This document shows, one piece after another, positions 61,391 through 64,000 of a stretch of DNA of 64,000 nucleotides. Both the position numbers and the translations under genes were made by a program. The stretch's first letter is position 1. Every line of letters begins with the position of its first letter. This DNA is from Phallusia mammillata (Eukaryota). The stretch covers positions 10,168,001 through 10,232,000 of the forward strand of contig OZ281499.1 in assembly GCA_965637545.1 (NCBI GenBank), read 5' to 3'. Under the pieces are notes generated by a model, which had not been told where the DNA came from, did not search any database, and saw only the letters and a list, made by a program, of their open reading frames with translations.

Positions 61391-64000
61391 ATGTATGGCA
61401 ACGGCACAGGTAAACAGTGTACATGTACATTTGTTGAGGAATGCTATTACAATAAAATCAATTTTTTATCAATACCTGTCTTTTTATTTCAGCACGTAGT
61501 TCTGGAAAGAGTAGTTCAAGAGAGTCAGGCATCTTTGCACAACTTCTGATCATTCTACTGCTGACAGTTCTTGTGGTTGCCATCAGCGTTGGATTCGGCA
61601 TTCAAATAGTATGCATAAAATGTGGCAATTATATAGCACTTGACTCAGTAAAATTAGTTATTGTGTAATACTAGATGGAAACACCAGGAGCAGCACCAAA
61701 ACAAACGGCCAAAGTTGGGGGTAAATTCATTTTGTGATATCGTTTTGTTATTGGTTTTTACTGTGTGACCATTTTTTAGATCCAGTTGATCAGTCATTGA
61801 AATCCGGTACTTGTAGCCAACCAACATTTAAAGATTGCAAACACGCTCTACACCAAGGCTACAACACCTCAGGACTTCTCTCCATTAAACCTAACGACTA
61901 CACATCCGAATTTCAGGTAACGTTTTTGTAACAACAGATTACTGTCTTTGACAAAAATCGCCTAAAACCACGTGCGTTCTTGCAAACTACTGTAGTTGCG
62001 AAAAATCATATTCAACTGAAGCTTTCAGTATACTTGACACAAGAATATGTGTGTTTTGTTTTAATATGGATTAAAACACAAAATTCGATTTTGAACTATA
62101 ATGGCACCATCAGTGCCTACAAATAAGTTCTTTTTAATATAGATTTTTATGTTTCATTACTTTGCATAACTAAAAACGCAGACTTATTCAAACATACTGA
62201 AAGTCTCAGTTGAATATCATTTAAACAACATTCGCATTTACCCAATGACTACACCTCCAGTTTTAAGGTGAATCAAAAAAATCCAAACAACATTTGCAGT
62301 TATATATTCAACTATTTGATTTCAGGTATACTGCGACATGTCGTCTGATGGCGGTGGATGGACGTTGGTGGCTTCAATTCACGAAGATTCGATAACTGGA
62401 AACTGCGATTTCGGGGACATGTGGTCAAAGACCTCTTCGTCGGCTTCTGGTTGGTTTCCGAAATGTATTCATGTATTTCTGTCAAAAAATGAAGTATTTG
62501 TTACAAATATTACAGCATTTGACAACTGGTTCAATCTGAAATCATTTGGCAAACTTGAAGATGTAACAGGACAAGACTATAAAAGCAAAGCTATGTACGC
62601 TCTCAATGTAAGTTTGTTGTAATTAAGTCACAGTTTTTTGGATCAAACAATTATGTTTGTCGATTCTAATCTTATTACCAAAATATTTCGTCAATAACGT
62701 AATGGGTTGTAGTAATAACATTGTGTCGGTTCACAGGCTTCAGACTTGATGATATGGCACGTTCCAAACGATCTTGCTTTGCCAGCAATTTCGAGTGGCG
62801 CATTCTTTAAATATCACACAACAAACGGTTTTCTTCAGAAATATGGATCGAATCTTCAAACTTTGTTTACGCAGTACTTTCTTATGACACGACAGAGTCC
62901 GCAAGGTCGGAGTATCCTTTCATTGCTTTTAGTATTTATGGCCATGTAATACTTTATTTATTTAGATGTGGCCGGAAAAGTGATAGGATGTGTGCAAAAT
63001 AATAATTGGGGAGGACTTTGGCGTTATTCGTGGGATCGTAGTAACCCGATCGCCCCAGCACGAGTTAAACAACATGACAAAGTGGGTTGCTTTTTTAATG
63101 ATCAATCTTTAGTTTGCAGTATAACACAATCTTAAGTTGTTACAGATGACAATTCAATTCAATACACAAAAGACGATCAGTATTACCAATGCAGGATACT
63201 ACAAGTGAGTTAAACTTCCTTCCTCATGTCTCTCGCATAATTTTGTTTTCATGGATATAAGTAACAAAGATTACGAACTCAATCACAATACGCGATGGCG
63301 CCTTTAATGGGTCTGGCGTACTGTGGTTTTATATGAGTGTGCCGTGATCGCTGGTCTGCATAGACCAGTGGTTCTTAACCTTTTTGCTGTGGTTTCCCAC
63401 TAAAGTCAATTAACAACTTCGAATTTCTCCCTTGGTTATTTTTATAATCATGTTTTGTGCCCTACGTTAACAAAAAATTTTATTTTATGAAATAATTTTG
63501 TGGAGCGATTTGGTCTGAATCCTAAAGGTATACTGCAATCTTTTTTAGTTTGAAAAGTGCTTCTGCGAGAGATTAAACTTTTTGGAATACTGAAAAGTCT
63601 GCTCTGCTTGCATTAGTCATTTATTGCATCACAATCAACAAACGAAAGGCTTTTGTTTGCGCACAATAGCAAAGTCATTGATGGTTTTACTCATCTCTGT
63701 GATGTAACAAACAGCCTTTGAATTTGAATGTGTCTTGTAAACCTTGATAAAATCAATCTTAGTAACTTTCAACGGTTAATTTAAAGCCGGATTTGAACCT
63801 TGTGCCCGAGTCTGCTCTTTGCAAGCTTACATAATTTCCCACCGAAAACATTGAATTTCCCACTAGTGGGAAATTTCCCACCGGTTAAGAACCACTGGCA
63901 TAGACGCTTCAGGGCTGATCACAGTTATGAATTTATGTTCATCTTATTAGATTACGAACTAATAATAATAAAGCATTCTTATAGTGTTTCGGGCAGCAAG
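61391..64000 (+). CDS. Copy I: intelectin-like gene, 5-prime part only (runs off the window end)
   Basis: Starts MYGNGTARSSGKSSSRESGIFAQLL. Exons are in phase up to the start of the SVSGSK exon (~63984). Near-identical to H. Confidence 0.8.
63366..63897. mobile_element. hAT-type MITE in copy I, absent from copy H
   Basis: TIRs cagtggttcttaacc / ggttaagaaccactg. Perfect TSD gcatagac. Empty site ggtctgcatagacgcttcagg at ~57701-57722. Confidence 0.9.

Larger units (their letters stand above)
54560..64000 (+). repeat. Recent tandem duplication carrying copies H and I (units start ~54560 and ~60470)
   Basis: Upstream regions, exons and introns are nearly identical by eye, for example 54730-55440 vs 60610-61440. 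Confidence 0.85.

Noticed and set aside
62235-62272. Extra exon in copy I (ccaatgactacacctccagttttaaggtg, resembling the end of exon 4)
   Set aside because: Only ~30 nt with no clear acceptor in frame. It is most simply a small local duplication.

Overview
AT-rich eukaryotic genomic DNA with many ~50-70 nt GT-AG introns. It is probably an invertebrate chordate such as an ascidian; this is inferred from the intron sizes, MITE content and intelectin expansion and cannot be proven here. About 88% of the window (7.5 kb to the end) is an array of at least nine paralogous 15-16-exon intelectin-like genes, oriented A+ B- C- D+ E+ F- G- H+ I+, with I cut by the window end. The genes are not ordinary intelectins. 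Each has a short N-terminal tail and a type II-like hydrophobic anchor. The intelectin fold ([40 protein letters not shown]) is split by a ~230-aa variable insert that I do not recognise. My hand-spliced copy A is 573 aa. A, B, E, F, G and H splice to open frames, while C and D are pseudogenes with frameshifts and exonic transposon insertions. A 17-codon segment that is coding in A-D is an intron in E-I. Upstream of the array lie an intronless orphan 7TM/GPCR-like gene and a decayed Gypsy-type gag-protease remnant. Introns carry hAT elements and MITEs, a Penelope-like fragment with a hammerhead-like core, a Helitron-like insertion and a fold-back element with tRNA-derived arms. All gene models were spliced by eye without transcript evidence.
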